Source: Pseudomonadales bacterium
GTDB lineage: Bacteria; Pseudomonadota; Gammaproteobacteria; Pseudomonadales; IMCC2047
Assembly (NCBI GenBank): GCA_036960805.1
Contig: JBALXL010000002.1
Coordinates: forward strand, 1,735 to 65,734
Direction of reading: 5' to 3'
DNA length: 64,000 nucleotides
The translations under genes and the position numbers were made by a program. Positions 32,968 to 43,181 of the stretch are shown here, piece after piece. Below the pieces are notes generated by a model. That model had not been told where the DNA came from, did no database searches, and saw only the letters and a program-made list of their open reading frames with translations. How positions within the stretch are numbered: position 1 is the first letter of the stretch; each line of letters begins with the position of its first letter.

Positions 32968-34230
32968 CTAAGAGCTAGCTCTAATTTTTAATGCCTCGGC
33001 AGGCGTTTCACTTGTACTCACAGGCACCACATCAGGATGCAATTCGTTAAGTGGTACTGCCAAACCTTTATCGAGCATCACTTTGGCATGATCACGCGTC
33101 AATTGGCGCGGCTCCTTAACGCCGCATGAGTGTGCTATCACGCACACTTCATAAGCCATATTAAGCGCATAATTTTTAACTCGCTCGGATTTATCCGTCA
33201 CATCCAGCTCTCTTTGTAAGCGCTTACTATGCGTGGCAATACCCGTTGGACAGGTATTTTTATTACATTGCAGTGCCTGAATACAACCCAGAGAAAACAT
33301 AAACCCGCGCGCAGAAGTCACAAAATTCGCACCGATACACAACGCCCACGCCATTTCAGACGGGGTAATCAACTTACCTGAAGCAACCACTTTAACGCGA
33401 CCTTTCAAGCCGTATTCATTCAATTTATCGACCAATAATGGCAAGCTTTGCTTGAGTGGTAGCCCCATGTAATCCATTAAACTTTGCGGTGCTGCGCCGG
33501 TGCCTCCATCAGCGCCATCCAAAGTAATAAAATCAGGTGCGCACTCCGCGCCACGCTCCTGAATTCGAGCAAATAATTGATCCAGCCAACCACCACCGCC
33601 CAGCACCGCTTTAAAACCAACTGGTTTTCCCGTCACATTACGAATGAGTACAATTATATCGATCAGATCGTAATTATCAGCAATATCTTCATGACGGTTC
33701 GGGCTAATGGAGTCCTGCCCCTCTGGAATACCGCGAATTATCGCAATTTCTTTACATACTTTTTCAGCGGGAAAAATACCGCCTCTGCCGGGCTTAGCCC
33801 CCTGGCTCAACTTGATTTCAAACATTTTTATCTGCTCAACAGCACCTAATGCTTTGAGCCGCGTATCACTTAATTCGCCTTTGGCATCTCGTACACCGTA
33901 TTTATCTGCTCCCTCTTGATAAACAATATCTGCACCGCCCTCTCCAGTGCTCACCCAACAACCTGACATTCGGGCGCCATGGGACAGTGCCAGTATCGCT
34001 GGCTTTGAAATAGCGCCATAGCTCATGCCGGAAATGTTAAATAAAGAGTGTGTTGTATAGGGCTCGGGACAGCTCTCACCAATCGTTACATCGGCAACGG
34101 GCACTGCATCTTCAGTGAGGGTAGGGAAAGGACAGTTAACAAACGACACCGAGCCGGGTGGGCTCAAATTTCGCGTAGAACCAAAGGCAATCAGCTGTGT
34201 GCATATAGTGGAATTGAACATCCGACTCAA
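32968..34230 (-). pseudogene. 5'-truncated FMN-binding glutamate synthase family gene (probably decaying)
   Basis: SGMSYGAIS, EIKLSQGAKPG, DG.DGGTGAAP and CIQALQCNKNTCPTG are present; homology begins abruptly at AFGST; short deletion after TGEGG. Confidence 0.65.
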
Positions 34231-34261
34231 AACTTATTGATAGGAAAGGATTTTTATATCG

Positions 34262-34882
34262 CTATCGGCGTGTTGGCGACAACGAACACTGCCCACGATC
34301 CGGATTTGGGGTAACACTCACATGAAGTTCATGACTGAGCTCATCAGCTCCGCCGATATAATGCCCATCAAGCCAAATCTGCGGAACAGTCACTGGCGTT
34401 TTAGCACTGATTAATGGCTTTACTCTCGCCAACATCTCATAGAGCGCTCGCGGCTCGCTGACCACATCAAAATATTGATATTCAATACCGGCCTGTTCTA
34501 AATAACCTTTGGCACGCTGACAATGCGGACAACTTTGTTTTCCGAATAAAAGGTTTGATTCAACTTTAGATGTTTTTGCATAAGCTTCAATCACCGCCTG
34601 TGTCAGCAAACCTCGGTTAAGCGCAGCACCCTGGCTAATCACGCGGCCTTCCACCATCACAATAGGTGCATGCCAACCGCCCTTTTTAAGCGGCTGCCAC
34701 CAATAACTAAGCCAGTCTTTCACGACTAATTCAACGGAAATACCAGCCAGTTCATGCGCCATCGTATCGGCAATCACATCATGAGTCAGCGCACATTCGC
34801 CACAGGGGATACTGACTTTGAATGGCCCCCAGGCACCCGCCCAGCGGTACAAGGTGATTGTTATGTTTTGAGCTTGCGTCAT
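34262..34882 (-). CDS. Two-domain thioredoxin-like/glutaredoxin protein
   Basis: N-terminal CGEC domain; C-terminal CPHC...TVPQIW...IGGAD glutaredoxin; AGGAAG RBS. Confidence 0.88.
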   Translation of the reverse strand: MTQAQNITITLYRWAGAWGPFKVSIPCGECALTHDVIADTMAHELAGISVELVVKDWLSYWWQPLKKGGWHAPIVMVEGRVISQGAALNRGLLTQAVIEAYAKTSKVESNLLFGKQSCPHCQRAKGYLEQAGIEYQYFDVVSEPRALYEMLARVKPLISAKTPVTVPQIWLDGHYIGGADELSHELHVSVTPNPDRGQCSLSPTRR

Positions 34883-35030
34883 AGGCTACTTCCTTTAGGA
34901 GAGTATCAATTGGCACGCGACTGAAAGGTTGGAGTTCTGACCTTCAACAAAATGGCACCTTCAGCAACGCTCCCATTAATTAACAGACGAATAAATCCCG
35001 GCTTTCAATGTTGGGCAAATAAAGCAGCAA

Positions 35031-35047
35031 ATCGTTTCATAGGTCTC
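35031..35047 (-). mobile_element. Possible solo degenerate IS5-like MITE end
   Basis: Minus strand tta-GAGACCTATGAAACGAT compared with GAGACCTTTGCACGAT at the 13236-13374 element. Confidence 0.35.
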
Positions 35048-35069
35048 TAAATGGCAAGCAAATGTCAGC

Positions 35070-35849
35070 TTAATTATTAATGCCGCTAATTAAACCATCC
35101 GCCAACCAGTCTTGAAGAAAACCAATTGCTTGAGTTGCAACGTCAGCCTCATCAACATTAGCTGCCAACAATGATTCGCAAATCTCAGAGAAAGACAGTC
35201 CCCGAACCGCAGCCTCCAAAGCAACAGCTTCGTGCAATGATAATGATTTATAACGACTCATAAGATCCTGGCGCCACACAATAATTTTTTGTGGCGTCTC
35301 AAAAAAAGTTGGATCCGGCAAGTCTTCTTCGGCTCGACCGGCACGCCAATAACTTAATACATCCCAGCTTTGTTCAAGTATTTGTAATGACGGATGGAAG
35401 TTGAAATTTAATGCTGGCCACGCCTCAGCAGACACCAAGGCGATTTTTTCTAACGCGCGCATTGATACATCAGCGCTGACAAAGGCATTAACGAAAGCCC
35501 ATTCAAAGGCCGCTAACTGCGCCATCAAATGTGCATGCACACCCTTTTGCTCACTTAAAAACTGCGCCAAGTCCTGCCCAAACCAACGTAAAGTAAAATA
35601 ACGCGAAGGTTTTGCGAGAATATACGCCTTAGCTAACGCAGCAAATTCTTCATCGCCTAACGCTAGCCCAAGCACTTTGTAATCTGTCGCTAACGCACCA
35701 ATTAACCGCGCAAAATAAGCATTATCATAAATAGAAACGCGCTCGGCAGGTGAAATCTGACCGATAGATTGAATACGCTGCACAATGCCTTCATCACCGT
35801 CGGTCATATGACGGCGAAACTCCGTTTGTATTTGCTCCAACTGACTCAT
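35070..35849 (-). CDS. DUF2063 / BufC-HvfC-like RiPP partner protein
   Basis: ERVSIYDNAYFARL..AL..DY, PS..F.LRWFG, LAAFEWA; ATG at 35849 overlaps the DUF692 stop. Confidence 0.88.
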   Translation of the reverse strand: MSQLEQIQTEFRRHMTDGDEGIVQRIQSIGQISPAERVSIYDNAYFARLIGALATDYKVLGLALGDEEFAALAKAYILAKPSRYFTLRWFGQDLAQFLSEQKGVHAHLMAQLAAFEWAFVNAFVSADVSMRALEKIALVSAEAWPALNFNFHPSLQILEQSWDVLSYWRAGRAEEDLPDPTFFETPQKIIVWRQDLMSRYKSLSLHEAVALEAAVRGLSFSEICESLLAANVDEADVATQAIGFLQDWLADGLISGINN

Positions 35850-36688
35850 GCCGCCACCTGTACAACCTGTCCAGCGATACATCGCAGCTGTTCTAACTCC
35901 GCCATCAAATCAGCAAAAGGAGGCATATTGTCGTCTCGTTCAATCATTGCCGACACAGCACCAAAACGCTCAAAAGCCTTGGTCGACAATTCCCACACCG
36001 GATCAGGCACCGGCTGATCATGGGTATCAATTACGTAGCTGCCATAATCGGTGTGACCCGCCAAATGAAACTGTCGCACTCGATCAACCGGCATTGCATT
36101 CAAATAGTCCATCGCGTCAAAGCCGTGGTTACGGGCACTGACATAAATATTGTTAATGTCGAGTAAAATGTGACAATCAGCCGCTTCAGTCACTGCATTA
36201 ATGAAGTCCCATTCGCTCATTTCATCCTGCTGATAAGTCACGTAACTAGAGACATTTTCAATGAGTAATTGTCGACCAAGATAGTCCTGTACTTCACGAA
36301 TGCGCCCTGCAACATGTCCAATTGCTTCTTCCGTGTAGGGTAACGGCATCAAATCGTGCAAGTTAACTTGCCCTTGGCCCGTCCAGCACAGATGATCAGA
36401 AATCCACTCGGGCTCGACGTGTGCGCTCAACGCTTTTAGTTGTTTAAGGTAGTCGTAATCCAGTGGATCAGTACCACCGATAGACATAGAAACACCGTGC
36501 ATCACCACCGGATAATCAGCACGAATTTTATCGAGGTAATAGCGCGGCTTACCGCCATCAACCATATAATTTTCGGTGAGTATCTCAAACCAATCAACAT
36601 TCGGTTTGGTATCTAGGATCTCCTGATAATAATCAGTCCGCAGGCCAAGGCCAAAACCTAAAAATGGCTTCTCCATTTTTTCACTCAA
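35846..36688 (-). CDS. DUF692 multinuclear non-heme iron oxidase (MNIO, BufB-like)
   Basis: GLGLR, WFEILTENY, HGVSMSIG, SDHLCW, IENVSSY, LDINNIYV, HLAGH, IDTHD, IERDD. Confidence 0.95.
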   Translation of the reverse strand: MSEKMEKPFLGFGLGLRTDYYQEILDTKPNVDWFEILTENYMVDGGKPRYYLDKIRADYPVVMHGVSMSIGGTDPLDYDYLKQLKALSAHVEPEWISDHLCWTGQGQVNLHDLMPLPYTEEAIGHVAGRIREVQDYLGRQLLIENVSSYVTYQQDEMSEWDFINAVTEAADCHILLDINNIYVSARNHGFDAMDYLNAMPVDRVRQFHLAGHTDYGSYVIDTHDQPVPDPVWELSTKAFERFGAVSAMIERDDNMPPFADLMAELEQLRCIAGQVVQVAA

Positions 36689-36719
36689 CCTACTACCCTC
36701 TCTTTTTTACTGATTTTCA

Positions 36720-36757
36720 AAAAATGGAGCCGCCATTTCAAATCAAACAGCGGCTCC
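36720..36757 (-). terminator. Stem-loop with U-tract between the precursor gene and DUF692
   Basis: Minus strand GGAGCCGCTGTTT-gatttg-AAATGGCGGCTCC-ATTTTT. Confidence 0.65.
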
Positions 36758-36774
36758 CAAACGACTAGTGGTAA

Positions 36775-37035
36775 TTATTCGCCTACTTCACCACCAATAT
36801 CGTCACAGGCTTTTTCGCTCATCACAACAAAACCGTGCCCTTTACAAACCGCATGTCCTGCACAGGCATTCTCAGCAGTTTTACAATCATTGTGGCCTTT
36901 GCACTGGTTTACACCGTAGCAATGCACTTGTTCAGTTGCACTAGGTGCTGCAATAACGACACCGGCTGCACCTAGTGTAAACAAACCCGCTGCAGCAATA
37001 GCTAAAGACGCACCTACTGTTTTATTGACTGACAT
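36775..37035 (-). CDS. Exported Cys-rich RiPP precursor (bufferin BufA2-like metallophore)
   Basis: Signal peptide then CYGVNQCKGHNDCKTAENACAGHAVCKGHG...AC (6 Cys); AGGAG RBS; immediately upstream of DUF692-DUF2063. Confidence 0.88.
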   Translation of the reverse strand: MSVNKTVGASLAIAAAGLFTLGAAGVVIAAPSATEQVHCYGVNQCKGHNDCKTAENACAGHAVCKGHGFVVMSEKACDDIGGEVGE

Positions 37036-37495
37036 ATTCCGTACTCCTAAAAGTTAAATTACTCATCGGTGCTTTTAATGAAACACACCAAATCAAAGCC
37101 TAGAAAGAATAAACACTATCCTGTAAAACAATTTACATTCGCCATTGTCATAACAAAGCTAGACGCGCTTATTTTATTTTCCAAAGACACACTTAATCTT
37201 TGTCGGGGAAACACGTTCAAAATGAACAACCGAATTAATGTGCCGTCTTCAATGGGCTAAAGGCCAATAAAACCCGCCTTAGAACTCCCAATGCAGAAAA
37301 GTATACTGATCTGTATACTTGTGAGTCAAGCAAAAATATCTCGTCCATTTTAAAATCTAGTCAGTACACAAAACCAACCACGGAGGAGGAACAGGCATGG
37401 ATGAAAACGATGTGGAGGATAATTGCTACTTGAGTCAGGGGAGGTTTTTAAAACGGAAGACTAAATTGTTGCGCAAAAAGAAAGGCCAAGAGAGA

Positions 37496-38032
37496 TCAGA
37501 AAATCCAGCTTCGCTTCATCAACTTTAAAATCGATTCATTCTTAGCCTGGCGATCAACATTAGCGTCATTAATAGAAGGCACAGCATCAATCAGTTGTAA
37601 CTGCTCATCAGGGAAAGACTGGAATCGCGCACCCAGCAACACAAAATCCTTGTACCACTGAAAGGGCAATAACGAGTTATCAATATATTCAGCATCGGCC
37701 ATATATATAAATGCCCGATACGGAACGCCAGCATGCTCAACTACCACGTCATACACCGCATAACCCGGACCTTCAATTTCATCAAGAATGGGTTTTTCAG
37801 CCGCTGATATAGAAAACAGCGCACCGAATAAACTATCCGTTAAATCACCTGAATTTACAGCGTTACATTTGGCAGATAGATCCGCACCACGTTTATGAAA
37901 TGCAAGCTGATAACCGGCTAATTCGGCAACACCTACTAACTGGCTGGAGGGAATGCGTGCACCTAAACGTGCAGGATGGAGATTAGAACCGTAGGCGTAA
38001 TAAAACAGACGCCCCGGCTCAGAAGAACTCAT
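37496..38032 (-). CDS. Gamma-glutamylcyclotransferase family protein
   Basis: YYAYGSNL motif, LDEIEG; start at 38032 coupled to the upstream stop (TAATG). Confidence 0.88.
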   Translation of the reverse strand: MSSSEPGRLFYYAYGSNLHPARLGARIPSSQLVGVAELAGYQLAFHKRGADLSAKCNAVNSGDLTDSLFGALFSISAAEKPILDEIEGPGYAVYDVVVEHAGVPYRAFIYMADAEYIDNSLLPFQWYKDFVLLGARFQSFPDEQLQLIDAVPSINDANVDRQAKNESILKLMKRSWIF

Positions 38033-38406
38033 TAAGCGACCATTCTCAGCCATTTTACGGCGGAGGTATACTCATTGAAAACTTCAAGCTTCAAACGTTT
38101 TCTAGCGGCCTTTAGCGCAAAACGGCGACCAACGCCGTGCATGGTATCGAGAGAAACAATAAAGGCATATTTACTAACAAAACGTTCGGTTTCATTAGCC
38201 AGCAGATCAATCAAACCGTCCATTTCACGCACGATAAAGGCGCGCTTAATTTCACGCAGGTCAAGTACCAAAGTCATTGAACCAGAAACGCCTGGATGCG
38301 ACGCAATGTCAGAGAAGGATGAGGCGAGGTCTGACACGCCGATGGCTCCGTAGGCGCCCATAAAAATTATATTTTTTTTCAGATCAATATCGTAACGAAC
38401 GGTCAT
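38032..38406 (-). CDS. Hypothetical protein, possibly STAS/SEC14 (SpoIIAA-like) fold
   Basis: LVLDLR...YAFIV...VFNEYTSAVKWL pattern typical of SpoIIAA-like proteins. Confidence 0.6.
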   Translation of the reverse strand: MTVRYDIDLKKNIIFMGAYGAIGVSDLASSFSDIASHPGVSGSMTLVLDLREIKRAFIVREMDGLIDLLANETERFVSKYAFIVSLDTMHGVGRRFALKAARKRLKLEVFNEYTSAVKWLRMVA

Positions 38407-38477
38407 TTCAGTATCTCAATCAAAAAGATGAATACGTCCCTGAAAAAACTCCTGCCCTACGGTGAATAATTAACTTT

Positions 38478-39278
38478 CTAGAAAAATAATTCCGCCAACT
38501 TTTTACCCGGCTCATCGGCACGCATAAAGGCTTCGCCAACCAAGAAAGCATACACATCGTTCTGCTTCATCAACACGACATCTTCGGGTAAATGAATACC
38601 GCTTTCAGTCACGACTAAACGATCATCGGGGATACGGCTCAACAGGTCAATAGTGGTTTGCAACGAGGTTTCAAAATTGTGCAGGTTACGATTATTAACG
38701 CCTACTAATGGTGTATCTAACGTCAAGGCACGCTTCAGCTCAGCGGCATCATGTACTTCAACCAATACATCCAAGCCAACTTCCTTTGCGGTAGCGGCCA
38801 GCTCATGCATCAAAGCATCATCCAGTGCAGCAACAATCAGCAGGATACAATCAGCGCCCAACGCTCTGGATTCAACCACCTGATAGGGGTCGATCATAAA
38901 ATCCTTGCGAATAACAGGTAAAGAACAAGCAGCGCGAGCCTGCTGCATATAGGCATCACTGCCTTGAAAGAAATCAATATCCGTCAATACCGACAGACAA
39001 CAAGCGCCACCCAGCTCATAGCTACGAGCAATTTGCGCGGGATCAAAATCTTCACGAATCACACCTTTACTAGGTGAGGCCTTTTTAACTTCGGCAATCA
39101 CCGCCGAACGACCCGCGGCAACCATTTCCTGCATTGCATTGGCAAAACCACGTGGCGCATCGACGGCAGGCAATATCAGCTCTAACTCAGATTGCGAGCG
39201 CAACGTTTTACGCGCCGCCACTTCTTCGGCTTTACGACTGAGGATTTTTTCTAATACGGTGGGGAGACTGTTTGTCAT
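38478..39278 (-). CDS. trpC: Indole-3-glycerol phosphate synthase
   Basis: [32 protein letters not shown]. Confidence 0.98.
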   Translation of the reverse strand: MTNSLPTVLEKILSRKAEEVAARKTLRSQSELELILPAVDAPRGFANAMQEMVAAGRSAVIAEVKKASPSKGVIREDFDPAQIARSYELGGACCLSVLTDIDFFQGSDAYMQQARAACSLPVIRKDFMIDPYQVVESRALGADCILLIVAALDDALMHELAATAKEVGLDVLVEVHDAAELKRALTLDTPLVGVNNRNLHNFETSLQTTIDLLSRIPDDRLVVTESGIHLPEDVVLMKQNDVYAFLVGEAFMRADEPGKKLAELFF

Positions 39279-39291
39279 TCTTAATCCGGTT

Positions 39292-40323
39292 TCAAATATT
39301 CTTTAGAGCTAAACAACGCGTGTGGCTTGCCAACTCAGTCATCTTTTCACGCGCCAGACCACTATCAATTGCGTCCTGCGCCAGTAACACACCTTCTTTC
39401 AACGTATCGGCAATGTTGGAGGCATATAATGCAGCGCCCGCATTGAGGGCAATTATATCGGCCGCTGGACCTACACCGGTCTTAAACGCTCGCTTGATAA
39501 TGTCTAGACTGGCTTCAGCATCGGCTGCTGTTAAGGTTTCCAGCGTGGCACGCTCAATACCAAATTCTTCTGGGCTAACGGTGTACTCTCGGATTTCACC
39601 ACCTTTAAGCTCAGCCACATAACTTTCATCAGCAACACTTATTTCATCCAGACCATCGGCAGAGTGCACTACCAGCACATGCTCAGAACCCAAACGCTGT
39701 AACACCTCAGCCATCGGCCGAACTAGATCTTTACTGAACACACCCAGCACTTGGTTTTTCACCAGAGCAGGGTTTGTCAGCGGGCCCAGCACATTAAAAA
39801 TAGTACGTACGCCCATTTCCTTGCGCGGGCCAATGGCGTGTTTCATGGCGCTGTGATGCGCTGGTGCAAACATAAAGCCCAAACCAATTTCTTCAATACA
39901 GCTAGCAACCTGTTCAGGCGTTAAATCCAGATTAATGCCCGCCGCTTCCAGCACATCGGCACTGCCGCTTTTGCTGGAGATAGAACGATTACCATGTTTG
40001 GCTACTTGGCCTTGCGCTGCGGCAACAACAAAAGCACCAGCGGTGGAAACATTAAAAATGCTGGCTCCGTCGCCACCCGTTCCACAGGTATCAACTAAAT
40101 GTGGTCCACTGATATCAACGCGTTTTACCAGATCACGCATGACCTGCGCAGCGCCGGTAATTTCATCAACAGTTTCGCCCTTAATACGCAGACCAATCAA
40201 AAAGCCACCAATCTGTGCCTCTGTCGCTTCACCCGTCATGATCAAGCGCATAACTGACGCCATTTCATCGGTGCTTAAATCACGCTTATCGATAACGGCT
40301 GCAATGGCCTGCTGCATATTCAT
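39292..40323 (-). CDS. trpD: Anthranilate phosphoribosyltransferase
   Basis: [22 protein letters not shown]. Confidence 0.98.
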   Translation of the reverse strand: MNMQQAIAAVIDKRDLSTDEMASVMRLIMTGEATEAQIGGFLIGLRIKGETVDEITGAAQVMRDLVKRVDISGPHLVDTCGTGGDGASIFNVSTAGAFVVAAAQGQVAKHGNRSISSKSGSADVLEAAGINLDLTPEQVASCIEEIGLGFMFAPAHHSAMKHAIGPRKEMGVRTIFNVLGPLTNPALVKNQVLGVFSKDLVRPMAEVLQRLGSEHVLVVHSADGLDEISVADESYVAELKGGEIREYTVSPEEFGIERATLETLTAADAEASLDIIKRAFKTGVGPAADIIALNAGAALYASNIADTLKEGVLLAQDAIDSGLAREKMTELASHTRCLALKNI

Positions 40324-40328
40324 GATGA

Positions 40329-40913
40329 TTAGATACTCATGTCTAAAAAGTTTTTTAGCTGCGCATGACCATGCTCAGTCAAAATAGATTCAGGGTGATA
40401 CTGCACGCCTTCAATCACAAAATCACGATGCTGTACGCCCATGATTTCGTCGATTTCCCCATCGGCACCTTCAGTCCAGGAAGTGATTTCCAGGCAATCC
40501 GGCAGGCGATCTTTATCAATCACTAGGGAGTGATAACGCGTCGCTTCAAAGGGGTTAGGCAAACCCTTAAACACACCCTGACTGTTGTGATGAATCATGG
40601 AGGTTTTGCCGTGCATCACTTCTTTAGCGCGAATCACGTAGCCACCAAAAGCCTGTGCGATAGCCTGGTGGCCCAGGCAAATCCCAAACAGCGGTTTAAC
40701 ACCGGCAAACTGCTTAAGCACTTCGACGGAAACACCGGCTTCGTTTGGTGTACAGGGGCCAGGCGAGATCACGATATGATCCGGATCCAACGCCTTGATT
40801 TCTTCCAGCGTAATTTCATCGTTCCGATATACACGCACATCAGCACCCAACTCGCCGAAGTACTGCACTACGTTGTAAGTAAAGGAATCGTAATTGTCGA
40901 TCATCAATAACAT
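40329..40913 (-). CDS. trpG: Anthranilate synthase component II (TrpG/PabA)
   Basis: [32 protein letters not shown]; start at ATG 40913. Confidence 0.96.
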   Translation of the reverse strand: MLLMIDNYDSFTYNVVQYFGELGADVRVYRNDEITLEEIKALDPDHIVISPGPCTPNEAGVSVEVLKQFAGVKPLFGICLGHQAIAQAFGGYVIRAKEVMHGKTSMIHHNSQGVFKGLPNPFEATRYHSLVIDKDRLPDCLEITSWTEGADGEIDEIMGVQHRDFVIEGVQYHPESILTEHGHAQLKNFLDMSI

Positions 40914-40926
40914 AAGTACGCCTGCT

Positions 40927-42420
40927 CTAAGCCTTATAGGCCATTGCAACAGCGCGGAACATGGCACGCGCTTTGTTCATGGTTTCTTTCCACTCCAGCT
41001 TGGGCACAGAGTCGGCAACAATGCCGGCGCCCGCCTGGATATACAGCTTTTTATCTTTAATAACGGCGGTGCGAATGGCAATCGCCGTATCCATATTGTC
41101 GTCCCAGGAAATATAACCCACCGCACCCCCGTAAACACCGCGTTTAACGGGCTCTAGCTCGTCGATAATTTCCATAGCACGAATCTTTGGTGCGCCACTC
41201 AACGTACCCGCAGGCAATGCCGCGCGCAACACATCAATAGAAGACAAACCCTCTTTCAGGTCGCCCATCACATTAGACACAATGTGCATCACATGAGAGT
41301 ATTTCTCGACAATCATCTGATCGGTCACACGTACCGTACCAATTTCGGATACTCGTCCGGCATCGTTACGACCCAGATCAATCAGCATCAAATGCTCGGC
41401 AATTTCTTTCGGATCTGCTAACAACTCGGCTTCAAGCGCTTGATCTTCTTCTTCGCTATAACCACGACGGCGAGTACCAGCAATCGGACGCACTGTGACT
41501 TCACCCTCTTCCACGCGCGCCAGAATTTCCGGTGAGGAACCAACAATGTGGAAATCATCCAGATTGAGGAAATACATGTAGGGCGACGGATTCAAATTAC
41601 GCAGCGCGCGATATAAATTAATCGGTTCAGCTTCGAAGGGAATGGTCATACGCTGTGACGGTACCACCTGCATCACATCACCAGCGAGCACGTATTCCTT
41701 AACTTTCTCAACACTTGCTTCAAATTCAGCCTGTGTGAAACCTGATTTAAAATCGGCTTCACTGATCTCCAATTCATCGGCAGCTTGCTGCGCCACACTC
41801 AGATCAATGTCCGCTAGCTTGGGCGTCGGCAATGGCAGCTTCGCTACCAGCTCATCAAGGCGATTTTGTGCATTGCTGTAGGCATCTGACAGAGCAGGAT
41901 CAACATGTACTGTCAGCGTCAAGGTGCCCGCCAGGTTATCAAACACCAGCACTTCATCGGACACCATTAACAGAATGTCCGGATTGCCCACAGTATCGGG
42001 CGGCACGGAATCACGCAGGCGCGGCTCAATATATCGCACCGTGTCGTAACCAAAATAGCCTACAAGACCGCCGTTAAAACGAGGCTCACCTTCGGTTTCA
42101 GCGACATTGAAACGTGCCTGGAATTCTTTCACAAACTCTAGTGGATCTTCATGCTCAAGCGATTCGACCACCTCTCCATCGGTGGTCAGTGTAATCTGAT
42201 AACCGTGTACTTTAAGCACCGAACGGCTAGGCAAACCAATGATCGAATAACGTCCCCATTTCTCACCACCCTGCACCGATTCGAACAGATAGGAATAGGG
42301 GCCATCGGCCAATTTAAGATAAGCGCTCAACGGGGTGTCCATATCCGCCAGTACACGACGACTGACGGGGATACGGTTATAACCCTGAGCGGCTAATTCA
42401 GCAAAACGTTCGGGACTCAT
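40927..42420 (-). CDS. trpE: Anthranilate synthase component I
   Basis: [36 protein letters not shown]. Confidence 0.98.
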   Translation of the reverse strand: MSPERFAELAAQGYNRIPVSRRVLADMDTPLSAYLKLADGPYSYLFESVQGGEKWGRYSIIGLPSRSVLKVHGYQITLTTDGEVVESLEHEDPLEFVKEFQARFNVAETEGEPRFNGGLVGYFGYDTVRYIEPRLRDSVPPDTVGNPDILLMVSDEVLVFDNLAGTLTLTVHVDPALSDAYSNAQNRLDELVAKLPLPTPKLADIDLSVAQQAADELEISEADFKSGFTQAEFEASVEKVKEYVLAGDVMQVVPSQRMTIPFEAEPINLYRALRNLNPSPYMYFLNLDDFHIVGSSPEILARVEEGEVTVRPIAGTRRRGYSEEEDQALEAELLADPKEIAEHLMLIDLGRNDAGRVSEIGTVRVTDQMIVEKYSHVMHIVSNVMGDLKEGLSSIDVLRAALPAGTLSGAPKIRAMEIIDELEPVKRGVYGGAVGYISWDDNMDTAIAIRTAVIKDKKLYIQAGAGIVADSVPKLEWKETMNKARAMFRAVAMAYKA

Positions 42421-43091
42421 TAATCGACCTTAGCTAAAGCTGCCCGCATTTCTGCAATGGTACGGGCATAATCATCACTACCAAAAATGGCGGAACCGGC
42501 AACAAAAGTATCCGCACCGGCGGCGGCTACGTCGGCGATATTATTGATGCCGATGCCTCCATCCACTTCAAGGCGAATGTCGCGACCACTTGCAGTAATA
42601 AGTTGACGCAAATCACGGATTTTATTCAATGTATTGGGGATGAATTTCTGACCACCAAAACCAGGATTCACAGACATAAGCAGAATCATGTCCATATCGT
42701 CCATCACGTAATCAAGATAGCTCAACGGCGTCGCTGGATTAAACACTAAACCCGCCTTACAGCCCGCATCCTTAATCAGTTGTATGGAACGACCAATATG
42801 GTCAGAGGCTTCCGGGTGAAACGTAATATAAGTGGCACCGGCTTCGGCAAATTCACCGATCATTCGATCCACTGGCGATACCATTAAATGGGCATCAATC
42901 GGCGCTGTCACACCATGCTTACGCAAGGCTTTACAAACCATTGGGCCAATCGTTAAATTCGGCACATAGTGATTATCCATAACATCAAAATGCACAATAT
43001 CCGCGCCCGCTGCGAGCACGTTGTCGACCTCTTCACCTAAACAGGCAAAGTTGGCAGCTAAAATGGAGGGTGCAATCAAATAATCTGTCAT
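42420..43091 (-). CDS. rpe: Ribulose-phosphate 3-epimerase
   Basis: [27 protein letters not shown]; start at ATG 43091. Confidence 0.98.
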   Translation of the reverse strand: MTDYLIAPSILAANFACLGEEVDNVLAAGADIVHFDVMDNHYVPNLTIGPMVCKALRKHGVTAPIDAHLMVSPVDRMIGEFAEAGATYITFHPEASDHIGRSIQLIKDAGCKAGLVFNPATPLSYLDYVMDDMDMILLMSVNPGFGGQKFIPNTLNKIRDLRQLITASGRDIRLEVDGGIGINNIADVAAAGADTFVAGSAIFGSDDYARTIAEMRAALAKVD

Positions 43092-43181
43092 GGGGGTCTT
43101 GTACTTATTTACGTAAATAGAGGTCGGTATTCTACACACTGGAGGTGTTTTTGACACGCCCGTTTTGCAAACCTAAAAGCT

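Noticed and set aside
34912..34975. Glycine-riboswitch-like words (GGAG...CTGAAGG...CTTTCAG) upstream of the glutaredoxin gene
   Set aside because: No GGAGA-P2-CCGAAG architecture or CUCAGG end; the inner stem pairs better on the non-coding strand; the downstream gene is not glycine related.
37069..37260. 63-aa plus-strand ORF upstream of the RiPP precursor
   Set aside because: No clear RBS or motif, and it overlaps the likely promoter region of the precursor gene.
26991..38406. Prophage, integrative element or defence island
   Set aside because: No integrase, phage, restriction-modification or toxin-antitoxin genes, no tRNA anchor, and no flanking direct repeats seen.
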